DNA of 21,956 nucleotides from NCBI GenBank assembly GCA_054661495.1, contig BAAFSQ010000168.1, forward strand, positions 1-21,956, given 5' to 3'. Within the stretch, counting starts at the first letter, position 1; the number at the start of each line of letters is the position of its first letter. The stretch comes from Zygophlyctis sp. KS116 (Eukaryota > Fungi > Chytridiomycota). Both the position numbers and the translations under genes were made by a program. Under the pieces are notes generated by a model. That model was not told where the DNA came from and did not search any database. It was given only the letters and a program-made list of their open reading frames with translations. Shown here piece by piece: positions 21,435-21,956 of the stretch.

Positions 21435-21500
21435 CAACCGACCAATGACTGTCACCAATTAATGACTGCCAACCGACCAATGACTGTCATTATGTTGGCA
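21435..21500. promoter_or_regulatory. Duplicated 20-mer with CCAAT boxes and palindrome in a divergent promoter
   Basis: CAACCGACCAATGACTGTCA at 21435-21454 and 21470-21489. Palindrome AATGAC-T-GTCATT at 21479-21491. TATAAAA at about 21532. Confidence 0.5.
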
Positions 21501-21569
21501 TTTTGTGAGAAATTGTATTTTGACATTTGGGTATAAAACCGGACAAAATGTTAATTATTCAGACTTGAC

Positions 21570-21956
21570 ATGTTTAAGAATCTTTTGATATATGCATTAG
21601 TAGTGCTCATGGTGGTTGGTGGTCCAGTTCACAAATCAGGTATGGATGGTGTCTACTTATTAATAGATGGTGTTATCAAACATAAATCTGAAAAGAAATC
21701 TCTAGACTCTATCAGGATTAAAAGTAAAAAGGTTACTGGTTATTCTAAACACGATGAATTAATTTCTAAAGAAACTGTTGAAAAGAAGAGTCATGTTAGG
21801 AAATCTTCAAAGCGTAGATCAGGAAAATGTCTTTGGAGATCCTCAAAGCGCAGATCAGGAAAAGGTATATTTAATAATTTCTTAATGCATTATAGGAAAA
21901 GGAGTCAAGAAATCTTCAAAGCGCAGATCAGGAAAAGGAGTCAAGAAATCTTCAAA
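21570..21956 (+). CDS. Secreted, highly basic tandem-repeat protein (partial, runs off window); probable intron 21865-21895
   Basis: Signal peptide MFKNLLIYALVVLMVVG, then repeats KSSKRRSGK. Removing the 31-nt intron restores the repeat frame GKGVKKSSKRRSGKGVKKSS. Absent from the ORF track because there is no stop in the window. Confidence 0.75.
   Translation, partial: MFKNLLIYALVVLMVVGGPVHKSGMDGVYLLIDGVIKHKSEKKSLDSIRIKSKKVTGYSKHDELISKETVEKKSHVRKSSKRRSGKCLWRSSKRRSGKGIFNNFLMHYRKRSQEIFKAQIRKRSQEIFK

Overview
AT-rich, extremely gene-dense eukaryotic DNA from a flagellated fungus, most likely a chytrid (inference: fungal-type proteins plus IFT56/TTC26, DNAAF3 and FAM227). I reconstructed about 16 host genes by hand: calcineurin B, NDUFB4, SLC35E3-like transporter, CBP20, PHD-MYST acetyltransferase, IFT56, TOP3A, DNAAF3, mitochondrial ACP, TFIIE-beta, RPS19, FAM227, an ACP-like protein, cytosolic AspRS and two unknowns. 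A partial secreted repeat protein closes the window. The genes contain about 49 GT-AG introns, all 23-33 nt except one of 62 nt, and intergenic gaps go down to 0-8 nt. The main anomaly is a 2.6-kb intronless island (2514-5117). It starts with AGTAGT and carries a decayed Polinton/virophage-type integrase N-terminus, a Siah-like RING ORF, an AT hairpin and an intact glycosyltransferase-like gene. It is bracketed by a ~112-bp duplication of the CBP20 promoter plus first ~12 codons, so the interrupted gene is rebuilt on the far side. Other notable items are a ~400-bp GGGTATAAAAA array upstream of RPS19, an ACP-like protein lacking the phosphopantetheine serine, TOP3A with five GRF fingers, and a candidate Kex2-processed cationic repeat precursor. 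All calls come from manual reading and remembered family motifs; no searches were run.
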